DNA from: an uncultured Lentisphaeria bacterium
GTDB taxonomy: Bacteria; Fidelibacterota; UBA8477; JABMPR01
Direction of reading: 5' to 3'
Assembly: GCA_964508765.1 (NCBI GenBank)
Contig: CAZDVD010000002.1
Location: 20,975-84,974, forward strand
Length of the DNA stretch: 64,000 nt
Below, one piece after another: positions 22,412-32,120 of this stretch. The translations under genes and the position numbers were made by a program. The notes under the pieces were generated by a model that did not search any database, was not told the DNA's origin, and saw nothing but the letters and a program-made list of their open reading frames with translations. Within the stretch, counting starts at the first letter, position 1. Each line of letters starts with the position of its first letter.

Positions 22412-22628
22412 AAGATACATTAAAATGTTATCAGGTTTGGTAGCTGGAGCTATCCTCGGATACCTTTATTACTATTATATTGGTTGCGCTTCTGGAACCT
22501 GTGCGATTACATCAAATCCGTACAACAGTACTGCTTACGGAGCCATGATTGGTCTGGTTTTTATGTGGCCACCAAAAGAAAAAAAGGATACCGGGAAAGA
22601 TGATGGGGAAGAGACACAAACTGTTTAA
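22404..22628 (+). CDS. Small membrane protein with GCxSGxC motif (DUF6132-like)
   Basis: 74 aa with two TM segments flanking a YIGCASGTCAITSNP motif that resembles the YeeE/YedE signature. Confidence 0.45.
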   Translation: MNKRYIKMLSGLVAGAILGYLYYYYIGCASGTCAITSNPYNSTAYGAMIGLVFMWPPKEKKDTGKDDGEETQTV

Positions 22629-23316
22629 ATTACTGGTTTTGGCACTAATTGCCGTGCCTGCTGCATTTGGACAAATCAATAACTTTGAATTTGTTCAATA
22701 CGATACAGCTTATTCAGGTAGTGAAGATTATGTCGTTCTCCATGGTGAGGTTATCAGCCGGGCCACCTCTTCACAGCCGATCACAGTAATCAGAGTTACT
22801 CATGGAAAAGACAGTTCGTGGACTACCTCTTTTTGTGTGGGTCCGGCCTGTTTACCACCCCATTTAGATACCTATACTTTTGATCTGGCTGGTTCAGATA
22901 CGGCAGAATTCACTTTGGATACCTATCCCAATGGTGTGTCTGGAGTAGGGCTATGGACCATTTTTGCCGTGGATTCCACAACCATGGAAGTCGATTCCGT
23001 CAATATCAGGATGGAGTTTGTTACTGTGGGTATTAATGATGACTTCACGAGACCAAATGCGTTCGAATTCTCAAGTATGTATCCAAATCCAACCAATGCC
23101 TCAGTCAGTTTTGATTTAAATCTTGAAAAAAGTGGGGACTATTCAATCAATCTCTATGCTCTCGATGGTCGAGAAATCATGTCTCGATCCTACCAGTTAA
23201 AATCTGGCAGGAACCATCTACAATGGGGTCTCCAGGGACTACCTTCTGGAAATTACATAATAAGTGCTTCCGGAGCAGGACAAACCCTCTCCAGACAGGT
23301 TGTTGTGATCAAATGA
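22600..23316 (+). CDS. Secreted protein with T9SS C-terminal sorting domain (Por_Secre_tail)
   Basis: A signal peptide (MMGKRHKLFKLLVLALIAVPAAFGQ) and a C-terminus YPNPTNASVSFDLNL...GNYIISASGAGQTLSRQVVVIK typical of type-A T9SS sorting domains. Confidence 0.65.
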   Translation: MMGKRHKLFKLLVLALIAVPAAFGQINNFEFVQYDTAYSGSEDYVVLHGEVISRATSSQPITVIRVTHGKDSSWTTSFCVGPACLPPHLDTYTFDLAGSDTAEFTLDTYPNGVSGVGLWTIFAVDSTTMEVDSVNIRMEFVTVGINDDFTRPNAFEFSSMYPNPTNASVSFDLNLEKSGDYSINLYALDGREIMSRSYQLKSGRNHLQWGLQGLPSGNYIISASGAGQTLSRQVVVIK

Positions 23317-23804
23317 TGCGAATATTGCCACTACTCCTGATTGTTGCTCTTTCATTTGGTCAGGAGAAAAACCTTCCTCAGGTCAACCTCAAAGACATGA
23401 AAAACAAGACCCAAAGTCTTGATAAACTCGTTAAGGGTAAGGTCACATTGATCAATTTCTGGGCAACCTACTGTGTTCCCTGTCGTAAAGAGATGAAGCA
23501 TCTCAATCGCATCAATAAAACCTATTCAGACCAGAACGTGCAAGTGATAGGTATCTCCATTGATGATTCGCGTACTGTAGGTCGAGTTAAATCGATAGTC
23601 AAATCACAAAAGCTTGAGTACACAGTACTTCTCGATACAGAACAAAAACTATACAAGAATTTCAATACGACAGCTATGCCGTTTTCCATTCTGGTTGATG
23701 CAAAGGGTAAAATCCTCTGGGAACATACTGGATATCTTCCCGGTGATGAAGCCCAGATGGAAATTGAAATCAAAAAGGCATTAGCTCCCGTGAAAAAGAG
23801 CTGA
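23313..23804 (+). CDS. TlpA/ResA-like thiol:disulfide oxidoreductase (thioredoxin fold, WATYCVPC)
   Basis: A signal peptide (MMRILPLLLIVALSFG), then an NFWATYCVPCRKEM CxxC motif. The ATG overlaps the upstream stop. Confidence 0.8.
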   Translation: MMRILPLLLIVALSFGQEKNLPQVNLKDMKNKTQSLDKLVKGKVTLINFWATYCVPCRKEMKHLNRINKTYSDQNVQVIGISIDDSRTVGRVKSIVKSQKLEYTVLLDTEQKLYKNFNTTAMPFSILVDAKGKILWEHTGYLPGDEAQMEIEIKKALAPVKKS

Positions 23805-23814
23805 TTCATCCCCT

Positions 23815-25512
23815 TTGTTCTTCCTGCTCAGAGCAATCATCATACTGGCTATTCCCTTAAGTCTATTGGCTGAAGGGGTGTCCTGGAACCTGGGTCTCAA
23901 ATCAAATTTGGGACGCGGTGAACAAGTAGGAACCGATTACAATTACTTTGAAAATTTTATAAGCGGATCCATTGAGGTTGGTCTATGGCACCTGGATCTT
24001 TCAGTAGAGTCCAGTCAGCCACCAGAATATGGATTTGAATATCAAGGTGTTGATCGCTTTTTTATCAGCTACATCGGTAATTCTCGTTCGCTTGAAATAG
24101 GGGACATTTCAGCTGTCTTTGGTAGAGGTTTGGCCCTGAACCTGGATGAAAATCAGGCCATAGACTTTGACAATGAAATCATGGGTCTCAGATTTTCATC
24201 AGTTTTTATGGAAAACCATGAGATTGATTTATTGGCAGGGTTTAAAAAAGAGTATCGTTTCTACTCGCCAAGCTCTGATCTACGTGAACCTGACGGTATG
24301 GCTGCTTATGAACTGGCCGGTGCTGAAGCAACCCTCAATAGCGAAAGTGGGATGTGGTCTCTAATTCCATATTTGGTAGCCAGCCGTATGGAATCCGATT
24401 TTGTATGGCAGGAGCTGGATTCAGATCGTGGATTGATTGTCACTGATACCGTTACTCAGCAAATGAATGCTATTCAAGGTGGCTGGGGACAATCTATTTA
24501 TGGTGAGAGTTGGGATTTGTATCTGGAATACAACAAAACCTGGAAGGCCTTCGATTATCCGGTGGCGAACCAGAGTATTCAGCATAGCGAGAATGTTCAA
24601 AGTCTTATAAATGATGATCCAAAGTATAGTCAGAAGGGTCAGTCTTTTAATCTCCAATTGAATTGGTTCCCGGATTGGTTTACCACCCTTTTTGAGTATA
24701 AACGATATCTAAATGGTCCTGAAACCTCTTCGCAGAAGCGAAATCCATTGCTCCTGGCTACGAAGCCGCTACCATGGCAAATGGGTCCCACAGGGATCAG
24801 AGAACATGATATCAGCCTTTTGGGTAATGTGACTCATCCTGTTGATTATGGAGATGAACTGGGTTGGAATCTGGAGGTTCGGAAGACGTTGTCTGATTCA
24901 TGGTCTGTGGTGCTCAATGGAGCGCAAACATCCCAATCTTCACCAAGTGGAGATGCTGGAATTCTGCCAACACAAGACCTGGACCGCAATCCCTGGCAGG
25001 AATATTATGCAGAATTTGAATATTCTGGCTCCAGTTTTTATCAAAGACTACTCATCGCTTATACAAAGTCAGTTCTTAGCGGACAGTCAGCTGCAGAGGT
25101 GATGGAACATTATACATTGGTGCCAGCTTATATGTCCTGGCACCCCAATGAAAGTCTTGTGCTGTCCACAGTGGTAGAATTGCAAACATCAAAAGTTTAT
25201 GGGGCATTATATTCAGGAGATGTGCTTGAAGGTCACAGATTTCAAAGTGGTCATTTTATTGTCAGTGCAGACTATAATCACAACTATTCCACTGCCATTA
25301 TCTGGGATACCAGCAATAATCCAAGTTTGATAACAGGTGATGAAGATATTCAGCACTGGGTGAGTGGTGAAGTATCTGTGAAGCCCCTCGATGGATTGTG
25401 GTTGCGCGCATCTTATGGTAAAGAAAAAGGGGGTGTCCGCTGTACGGGTGGTGTATGTCGTGTGCTAAATCCTTTTGAAGGCTTCCGCTTGGCTCTGGAG
25501 TGGCGACTATGA
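23815..25512 (+). CDS. Hypothetical outer-membrane beta-barrel protein (DUF6029-like)
   Basis: 565 aa with an N-terminal hydrophobic signal and a C-terminal GGVRCTGGVCRVLNPFEGFRLALEWRL motif. The start codon is non-ATG, so the exact start is uncertain. Confidence 0.45.
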   Translation: MFFLLRAIIILAIPLSLLAEGVSWNLGLKSNLGRGEQVGTDYNYFENFISGSIEVGLWHLDLSVESSQPPEYGFEYQGVDRFFISYIGNSRSLEIGDISAVFGRGLALNLDENQAIDFDNEIMGLRFSSVFMENHEIDLLAGFKKEYRFYSPSSDLREPDGMAAYELAGAEATLNSESGMWSLIPYLVASRMESDFVWQELDSDRGLIVTDTVTQQMNAIQGGWGQSIYGESWDLYLEYNKTWKAFDYPVANQSIQHSENVQSLINDDPKYSQKGQSFNLQLNWFPDWFTTLFEYKRYLNGPETSSQKRNPLLLATKPLPWQMGPTGIREHDISLLGNVTHPVDYGDELGWNLEVRKTLSDSWSVVLNGAQTSQSSPSGDAGILPTQDLDRNPWQEYYAEFEYSGSSFYQRLLIAYTKSVLSGQSAAEVMEHYTLVPAYMSWHPNESLVLSTVVELQTSKVYGALYSGDVLEGHRFQSGHFIVSADYNHNYSTAIIWDTSNNPSLITGDEDIQHWVSGEVSVKPLDGLWLRASYGKEKGGVRCTGGVCRVLNPFEGFRLALEWRL

Positions 25513-26774
25513 GAAGACTATTTTTCCTTGCACTTATCCTCATATTTATCTGGTCCTGTGAGTGGCGGCCTGACGAGATTCAAATGGATGCTTCAGCGAC
25601 AGTTGAAAATATCAATCTTGTTGTTGGGGATACGATAATTGTTCAGATCGAAGGCAGTCAATTTTCACATATTGAAGGTTTTGACAATAGTATCGTTGAC
25701 ATCAATGAAGTGGTGAGTTCAGAGCATGGTATAGAGCTTGAAATCATCGGCATGGCTACAGGACAGCTTAAATTAATTTTCTATTACACCGCACCAGCTC
25801 TGTCTGATGCTGAGCCAATGACAGATTCATATTTAATACATCTTCATGTGACAGAGTCCATACCCTTGTCGATAGATGTAGGTGAACAGCTTCAGCTTGA
25901 TTTCTCATCATTTTTGTCTTCTGACCAGTTGAATCTTCTTGATACAGTAGCCGTAGCCATTGCTGTCAGTGCAGATGGGGAATTTAGTGCCGGTGAAGTG
26001 GACAGCACAAAAACCTGGCTGTTGCTTACAGGTGTAACACCAGGAACTACAAGTCTATCGATTCTAGGTTTTGATACAAACAGAAATCAAATTGCCGCGC
26101 TGACATTTCACATTGACATCTCTATTCATAGGACAGTCCTAGCTGAATTATTTACCAATACGGGTTGTGTGAATTGTCCTGAAGCAAATCACTATATGGA
26201 CAATATCTCCGCTGATTTTGGCGATGACTTAGCTCTGGTTAGATATCACGTCAGTTGGACTGATCCATTTGATCCAATGAATTTGTATAACCCGGGTGAA
26301 GTCAGGGCTAGAGTTCTTTACAATAATATTTTTGCAGCACCAAGCCTGGTGATAGACGGCGAGAAGCTAATAACTCTTGATGAGGACGACTGGATAGGAC
26401 GGGTGATCAACGCCAGCCTGGTCAGTCCAACTATCTATATATCAGGAATTGATGTTTTGGAAAGTACTGATAGTCTCTATCTGGAATATGATGTAAATGC
26501 CTTCAGAGTTGCCCATACTGATCTAACTGTCTGGTCTCTGATAGTAGAAGACAGTATTCATTATACCGGTTCCAATGGGGAAGATTTACATAACCAGGTG
26601 ATGCGGGATATGCTCTCTAGCTCTTTGAGCGATCTCAACGGTCTTGAAACGATCCAGCACACTTTGACAAAGCCAGTTGATTATGGTGTTGCCGGTCCCA
26701 TGAATATTTTGGTTTTCATCCAATCAGAATCAGACAAGGCCATTCTCCAATCACGCAAACAGAATTTGTATTAA
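25509..26774 (+). CDS. Lipoprotein with Ig-like repeats and Omp28-like thioredoxin-fold domain (CVNC)
   Basis: The ATG at 25509 gives a lipobox (LILIFIWSC). Two similar N-terminal domains are followed by LFTNTGCVNCPEANHYMD...VRYHVSWTDPFDP, resembling Omp28-family thioredoxin-like domains. Confidence 0.5.
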   Translation: MRRLFFLALILIFIWSCEWRPDEIQMDASATVENINLVVGDTIIVQIEGSQFSHIEGFDNSIVDINEVVSSEHGIELEIIGMATGQLKLIFYYTAPALSDAEPMTDSYLIHLHVTESIPLSIDVGEQLQLDFSSFLSSDQLNLLDTVAVAIAVSADGEFSAGEVDSTKTWLLLTGVTPGTTSLSILGFDTNRNQIAALTFHIDISIHRTVLAELFTNTGCVNCPEANHYMDNISADFGDDLALVRYHVSWTDPFDPMNLYNPGEVRARVLYNNIFAAPSLVIDGEKLITLDEDDWIGRVINASLVSPTIYISGIDVLESTDSLYLEYDVNAFRVAHTDLTVWSLIVEDSIHYTGSNGEDLHNQVMRDMLSSSLSDLNGLETIQHTLTKPVDYGVAGPMNILVFIQSESDKAILQSRKQNLY

Positions 26775-26777
26775 AGT

Positions 26778-27221
26778 ATGGCCGAATTGCATCCCTTTTT
26801 TGTTCACTTTCCTATAGCTCTTTTGATGGTAGCAGCCTTGTTTGATGTGTATGGTGTCATCAGGAGTCTAAAACAACATACATGGACTGCTTATGTTTTA
26901 CAGCTAATGGCTGGAACGTCTGCAATCCTGGCCGCGGTCAGCGGGAATCTAGCTGAGACAGCTGTGGTAAATCGGGAATCCCTCCATAAGAGTGTTATAG
27001 CATCATTTGACAGGCATGTTTCCCTGGGCAATGCCATGGTTTGGATCATCGTATTGGTCGCAGTGGGTCGGACTTTCGCCGTTTTGGAAAAAAAGGAATG
27101 GGCTCTTAAGGGCTGGGTATTCCCTGCTATAAGTACCTGCTTAGCACTCCTGATTCTAGCTACTGGATTGCTAGGTGGTGAGTTGAGTCGCGATATTCTG
27201 GCATACTTCATCCATAACTAA
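26778..27221 (+). CDS. DUF2231 family membrane protein
   Basis: 147 aa with four TM segments. The N-terminus MAELHPFFVHFPIALLMVAALFD matches the DUF2231 signature. Confidence 0.6.
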   Translation: MAELHPFFVHFPIALLMVAALFDVYGVIRSLKQHTWTAYVLQLMAGTSAILAAVSGNLAETAVVNRESLHKSVIASFDRHVSLGNAMVWIIVLVAVGRTFAVLEKKEWALKGWVFPAISTCLALLILATGLLGGELSRDILAYFIHN

Positions 27222-27223
27222 CA

Positions 27224-27258
27224 AAAAAGGCGGGAATCGAATCCCCGCCCTTTATAGA
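27224..27258. terminator. Bidirectional rho-independent terminator between convergent DUF2231 and ccp genes
   Basis: caaaaaa-GGCGGGaatcgaatcCCCGCCC-tttata. The stem is flanked by an A-run on one side and a T-run on the other. Confidence 0.75.
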
Positions 27259-27292
27259 ACCAAGCTTTTATCCTGATATCAGGATGGGTTTA

Positions 27293-28297
27293 CTAATCTT
27301 TTTTAAAGCGTTCCCCATCCATGGTTTTTAAGAAGGCTGAAATCTTGGCAGCTTCTTCTGTAGATATCTGCTGCATAAGCTGCATATCACCCATCATGAT
27401 GATGGTCTCATCAAGACTCTCCACGCCGCCATCATGAAAATAAGGACCTGTCAATGCAATATTTCTCAAGGCAGGCACCTTAAACATAAATTTGTCCTGT
27501 TCCAAACCTGTCACTTCGAAACGACCTTCATCTTCAAGGTTTTTGTAGGGCTTGATGAGACCGTTCTTTTGGTACATGTTACCCCCAAGCATAGAACCCA
27601 TATGGCAGGTGATACAGGCTTTGCCCATAAAAAGATCTAGTCCTTCAACCTCTGTCTTCGTGATGGCCTTCAGATCACCCTTTAGAAAATCATCAAAGCG
27701 ATCGTGAGTAACCAAGGTGCGCTCAAAAGCGGCCATGGCTTCAGTGATATTCTCGAAGTCGATGGAGTTGGCACCGAAGGCTTCAGTAAATAAAGCGGTG
27801 TATTCAGGAATAGCTTTAATCTTTGCCACGGCTGTTGCAGAGTCAGGTATGGCCATTTCATCAGGATTCAGGATGGGACCTCCCGCCTGCTCATTCAGAT
27901 CTGCAGCACGACCATCCCAAAATTGAACAAAATGAAAACCAGCATTAAAGACAGTGGGGGAGTTTCTTGGTCCTGGAATCCCATTGGTACCGTCTGATGT
28001 GGGTTTGTTGTCTACACCTGCCGTTGCGATGTCATGACAAGTATTGCAGGACATATCGGCTGTATTAGATAGTGCAGTTTCAAAATAGAGCTTTTCCCCA
28101 AGTTTGATTCTGGCCTCAGTATCATTTTCAGATCCAGGCATTTTTTCTGGCACCACGGCAAACAAGGGTTTCACCTTGGTCAGTACTTCCTGTTGGTAAG
28201 TTAAATCTTCTGGTGGTTGTTGCTCAGTCTTGCCACCACACTGGATCAAAACAAATATCATCAAAGCCATGATGATGAAAACTACACCTTTTCGCAT
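27293..28297 (-). CDS. ccp: Di-heme cytochrome c peroxidase
   Basis: 334 aa with a signal peptide, two CXXCH motifs (CNTCH, CITCH) and conserved FHDGG / GPYFHDG CCP motifs. Confidence 0.9.
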   Translation of the reverse strand: MRKGVVFIIMALMIFVLIQCGGKTEQQPPEDLTYQQEVLTKVKPLFAVVPEKMPGSENDTEARIKLGEKLYFETALSNTADMSCNTCHDIATAGVDNKPTSDGTNGIPGPRNSPTVFNAGFHFVQFWDGRAADLNEQAGGPILNPDEMAIPDSATAVAKIKAIPEYTALFTEAFGANSIDFENITEAMAAFERTLVTHDRFDDFLKGDLKAITKTEVEGLDLFMGKACITCHMGSMLGGNMYQKNGLIKPYKNLEDEGRFEVTGLEQDKFMFKVPALRNIALTGPYFHDGGVESLDETIIMMGDMQLMQQISTEEAAKISAFLKTMDGERFKKD

Positions 28298-28486
28298 GAT
28301 AAATTCCCCTCGTTAGAAAGAATGCTTATTATTAATAACTGTCAAACTGTACCAATATAAATGTCCCCTCAATATTTGCATCTTAAAAAAATAAAAGTTC
28401 TTACGTTCGGGGCTCTCTTTGCTTGAAATATCTCAATTCATACTTGATCCTCAATGCCTGCTTGCAGAAAGTTAGTAAAGGTCTAT

Positions 28487-28514
28487 ATTACATACCGACC
28501 AGTCGGTATGTAAT
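28487..28514. promoter_or_regulatory. 28-bp palindromic operator (ATTACATACCGAC-ca-GTCGGTATGTAAT) upstream of TetR-fad operon
   Basis: 13-bp perfect inverted arms with a 2-bp spacer, 25 bp upstream of the TetR ATG, in the divergent ccp/tetR spacer. Confidence 0.7.
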
Positions 28515-28538
28515 CAATGAAAACTTATTAAGGCAGAT

Positions 28539-29138
28539 ATGACCGAGAGAAGACCTAGCTCAGAACGTCGCATTGAAATATTGGAAGCAGCTCTGACTAT
28601 TTTTGTAAAAAAGGGTTATTCTGATACCCGCTTGGATGATATCGCACATGAGATCGGCCTGAGCAAGGGCGCTTTATATCACCATTTTCAGAGCAAACGT
28701 GACTTGTTTATTGCCCTCATAGAACATTGGATGGATCAGTTCTCTCCAATTGAACGTGGTGGGAAAATGCGTGCGAAGCCATCCAGAGAAATTATTCTCC
28801 ACATCGCAAAATTTACCGCAAAGCTATATCAAAGAAACCCAAACTGGTTTTTAGTTGAGCCTGAAATCTGGGCTTTTGCGAATCGGGATAAAGAAATTAA
28901 GGAAATGGCAACTCAGCTGTATGCAAGGGTACTTCATGAATTTGAAACCCTCATTAAACGTGGGATCCAGTATGGTGAATTCAGAGATGTAAATGAGGGG
29001 ATGATTGCCATGTCCATAATGACCTCTCTGCATGGAATGATCTGGTTCGCCCTTTTCAAACCCAAAGACTTTTCGCTTGAAGAATATGTAGACCTGAATA
29101 TGGAGCTCATCCTGGACGGCATCGCCATTCAAGGTTGA
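28539..29138 (+). CDS. TetR/AcrR family transcriptional regulator (FadR-like repressor of beta-oxidation operon)
   Basis: 199 aa with an N-terminal HTH (RRIEILEAALTIFVKKGYSDTRLDDIAHEIGLSKGALYHHF). It is the first gene of the fad operon. Confidence 0.85.
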   Translation: MTERRPSSERRIEILEAALTIFVKKGYSDTRLDDIAHEIGLSKGALYHHFQSKRDLFIALIEHWMDQFSPIERGGKMRAKPSREIILHIAKFTAKLYQRNPNWFLVEPEIWAFANRDKEIKEMATQLYARVLHEFETLIKRGIQYGEFRDVNEGMIAMSIMTSLHGMIWFALFKPKDFSLEEYVDLNMELILDGIAIQG

Positions 29139-29174
29139 GAATACTAGAATTATATTCAAAATAAGGAGAATGAA

Positions 29175-30944
29175 ATGAATAAGGGTGGCGAATTTCTTAC
29201 CACACCCTTTGGCGTTGATGAAATCTTCACCAGAGAAAAATGGAGTGATGATCAAAAGGAGTTTTTTGAAGCGATTCAAAGTTTCGCCAGGGAAGCTGTT
29301 GTTCCCCGAAGCGACGACATAGAAAAACTTGACGAGGAACTATCGCGAGATTTCATGAAGCAAATGGGGGAAATGGGAATGCTCGGTCTAGACGTTCCTG
29401 AACAATATGGGGGTATGGGGCTAGATAAAACCGCTGCGGCATTAGCGCTTGAAGCTATGGGCGTTGGTGAGAGTTCCTCACTAATGGTAACGGTTACGGA
29501 TCATACCGGCATCGGTTTGTTGCCTATTCTGTGGTATGGAAACGACGAGCAGCGAGAAAAATATATACCCAAAATGATGAGTGGTGAATGGATGAGCTCT
29601 TATGCTCTGACTGAACCCGGTGCGGGGTCTGATGTTCTCAACGGTACTGCTTCAGCAAAACTCAATGAGGAAGGTACTCATTATATCCTCAATGGTGTTA
29701 AGCAGTTTATTACCAATGGAGGCTGGGCAGACATCAGTGTCGTCTTTGCTAAAATTGATGGGGGTAAGATGACCTCATTTATTCTGGATCAGGAAACCAC
29801 CGGTTGGGAGCGCGGACCTGAAGAACACAAACTGGGTATCAAGGGTTCTTCAACTACAAATTTTGTCCTTAATAATTGTATGGTTCCTGTCGAAAATGTG
29901 TTGGGAGGTGTTGATAAGGGGGCTGCTGTTGCCTTCAACTGTCTTTACATCGGTCGCCTGAAACTGGGCGCTGTAACCATGGGTGGTGCCAAACAAGTCA
30001 TCGAAACAGCTCTAAATTACGCCAAGGAACGTAAGCAGTTTGCCCAGCCTTTGATCGCTTTTGGAATGATGCAGCGAAAATTTGCCGATATGGTGATTCG
30101 CTGTTACGAATCTGATACCATTACATATCAGTCTACTGGATCTATTGATGCTGCAGTAGAGCGCTATGAAGAGGACGATCCAGAATACTACAACCACCTC
30201 TATTCAGTCATTGAAGACCACGCCATCGAGAATAGCACCAATAAAATATTCTCATCTGAAGCGCTGTGGATTAATGCTGATGATGGTGTGCAGATATTTG
30301 GTGGTTATGGGTTCTCTGAAGAATATCCATTAGCTCGACTCCTGCGCGATGAAAGAGTCAATCGTATCTTTGAAGGTACCAATGAGATCAACAAGCTCAT
30401 TATTTCCGGTATCGCCATGAAAAAAGCCATCTTGGAAGAGTTGCCCATCCGTGATCAGATCCTGGAATTGGGTGAGAATTGGATCTTTGATGTTAAAATT
30501 CCTGAAGGGCATCCCATGACCCAGGAGATTAAAGCAGTCGAATTGGGACGGGGTATCGTTCTAAAAACACTCCATGAGCTCATCCTGAAATATGGCCAGG
30601 ATTTTAAAAATACACAGTTTGAGATTGAGGCCTTTGCCAATATGGTGATTGCCCAGCAGGTCATCTTTAGTGTGTTGAGACGCTATCTCCAGCTTGATGA
30701 ATCCTATGTCAGGCGCGATGTGGTGGCTTCGATCCTGAAGATTTCAGTACTTCGCAACCTTGAAGTCATTGTTTCAAATGCGAAAAAGATACTCAGACAC
30801 ATCCTGGGGGATGATCGAAATGTCAAATTGAGGAAACTGGATCAGACCTTATCGGATCTTGCATACCATGCTGATGTGATTGCAGAGCAGGAGAAAGTTT
30901 TCCAATTGACACTCAAACGCGGTTCATATCCGCTCAATGATTAA
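29175..30944 (+). CDS. Acyl-CoA dehydrogenase (long form with C-terminal extension)
   Basis: 589 aa with ACAD N, middle and C-terminal domain motifs (YALTEPGAGSD, IFGGYGFSEEYPLARLLRDERVNRIFEGTNEI). Confidence 0.85.
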   Translation: MNKGGEFLTTPFGVDEIFTREKWSDDQKEFFEAIQSFAREAVVPRSDDIEKLDEELSRDFMKQMGEMGMLGLDVPEQYGGMGLDKTAAALALEAMGVGESSSLMVTVTDHTGIGLLPILWYGNDEQREKYIPKMMSGEWMSSYALTEPGAGSDVLNGTASAKLNEEGTHYILNGVKQFITNGGWADISVVFAKIDGGKMTSFILDQETTGWERGPEEHKLGIKGSSTTNFVLNNCMVPVENVLGGVDKGAAVAFNCLYIGRLKLGAVTMGGAKQVIETALNYAKERKQFAQPLIAFGMMQRKFADMVIRCYESDTITYQSTGSIDAAVERYEEDDPEYYNHLYSVIEDHAIENSTNKIFSSEALWINADDGVQIFGGYGFSEEYPLARLLRDERVNRIFEGTNEINKLIISGIAMKKAILEELPIRDQILELGENWIFDVKIPEGHPMTQEIKAVELGRGIVLKTLHELILKYGQDFKNTQFEIEAFANMVIAQQVIFSVLRRYLQLDESYVRRDVVASILKISVLRNLEVIVSNAKKILRHILGDDRNVKLRKLDQTLSDLAYHADVIAEQEKVFQLTLKRGSYPLND

Positions 30945-30984
30945 ACTCGAGATATGAGAACATGAAGGAATTAGGAGATATAAA

Positions 30985-32118
30985 ATGAGTGAAAGATATA
31001 GTGTAATAGTTGATGCAGTTCGCAGTCCTATTGGTGTAAAAAATGGCGAAATGATTGGTATGCGACCAGATGATATCACGGCCCAGGTTGTCAAAGCATT
31101 GCTGAAAAGGAATCCCGCTGTAAAGCCTGAAGCGGTTGAAGATCTGATCTTGGGATGTGCCTTCCCGGAGGGCAATCAGGGTATGCTTATGGGGCGAGGA
31201 GTTGCCCTGCTATCAGGTTTGCCAATTACCACCACTGGCAGCACAGTAAACCGTTTTTGTGGATCTTCTATGGATGCACTACATCAACTGAGCACAGCCA
31301 TCCTAGCTGGGGACAAAGAGATTGGCATTGCTGCAGGTGTTGAAGATATGTTTGGTGTGCCAATGGGTGGTTATAACCCTGATTTTAATCCAGATTTATA
31401 TGAAATAGACTACTATATGGGTATGGGTGAAACGGCTGAGAACCTGGCTAAGGAGTTAAATATCAGCAGAGAAGACCAGGAAGCCTTTGCCATTGCGTCC
31501 CATAAAAAAGCGCTTGCTGCACAAGCTGCGGGGAAATTTGATAACGAGCTGGTCCCTATTGAAATCGAGGGTGTTCGCGTTACCAAGGATGAAGGTCCCA
31601 GAGAACCTGATGTGGCCAAAATCAAATCGCTTCCACCTGCTTTTCTGGCAGATGGTAGTGTCACTGCGGCAACCTCCAGTCCCATTACGGTAGGCGCAGC
31701 GGCTATTCTCATCATGAGTAATACAAAAGCTGAGGAATTGGGTTTGAAGGTCAGAGCTAAAATCATTTCTCGCGGTGTTGCTGGTGTGGACCCAACTCTG
31801 ATGGGTTCCGGACCACTTCCTGCTACTGAAAAAGCCCTTAAGAACGCAGGTATGACCCTGGATCAAATGGACACCATCGAGTTGAACGAGGCTTTCGGGG
31901 CTCAATCACTATATGTTATTCGCACTGGAGATTGGCCAATTGAAAAGATCAATCTGAATGGCGGAGCCATTGCACTCGGGCACCCACTGGGTTGCTCAGG
32001 GGCCAGAATTGTAACCACATTAATCAATGTAATGGAACAGAATGATACGAAATATGGTTTGGCAACCATGTGTATTGGAACTGGGCAAGGTATCGCAACA
32101 ATTATTGAGAGGATTTAA
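30985..32118 (+). CDS. fadA: Acetyl-CoA C-acyltransferase (3-ketoacyl-CoA thiolase)
   Basis: 377 aa with thiolase motifs NRFCGSSMDA and NLNGGAIALGHPLGCSGARI, and a C-terminal CIGTGQG. Confidence 0.9.
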   Translation: MSERYSVIVDAVRSPIGVKNGEMIGMRPDDITAQVVKALLKRNPAVKPEAVEDLILGCAFPEGNQGMLMGRGVALLSGLPITTTGSTVNRFCGSSMDALHQLSTAILAGDKEIGIAAGVEDMFGVPMGGYNPDFNPDLYEIDYYMGMGETAENLAKELNISREDQEAFAIASHKKALAAQAAGKFDNELVPIEIEGVRVTKDEGPREPDVAKIKSLPPAFLADGSVTAATSSPITVGAAAILIMSNTKAEELGLKVRAKIISRGVAGVDPTLMGSGPLPATEKALKNAGMTLDQMDTIELNEAFGAQSLYVIRTGDWPIEKINLNGGAIALGHPLGCSGARIVTTLINVMEQNDTKYGLATMCIGTGQGIATIIERI

Positions 32119-32120
32119 TC

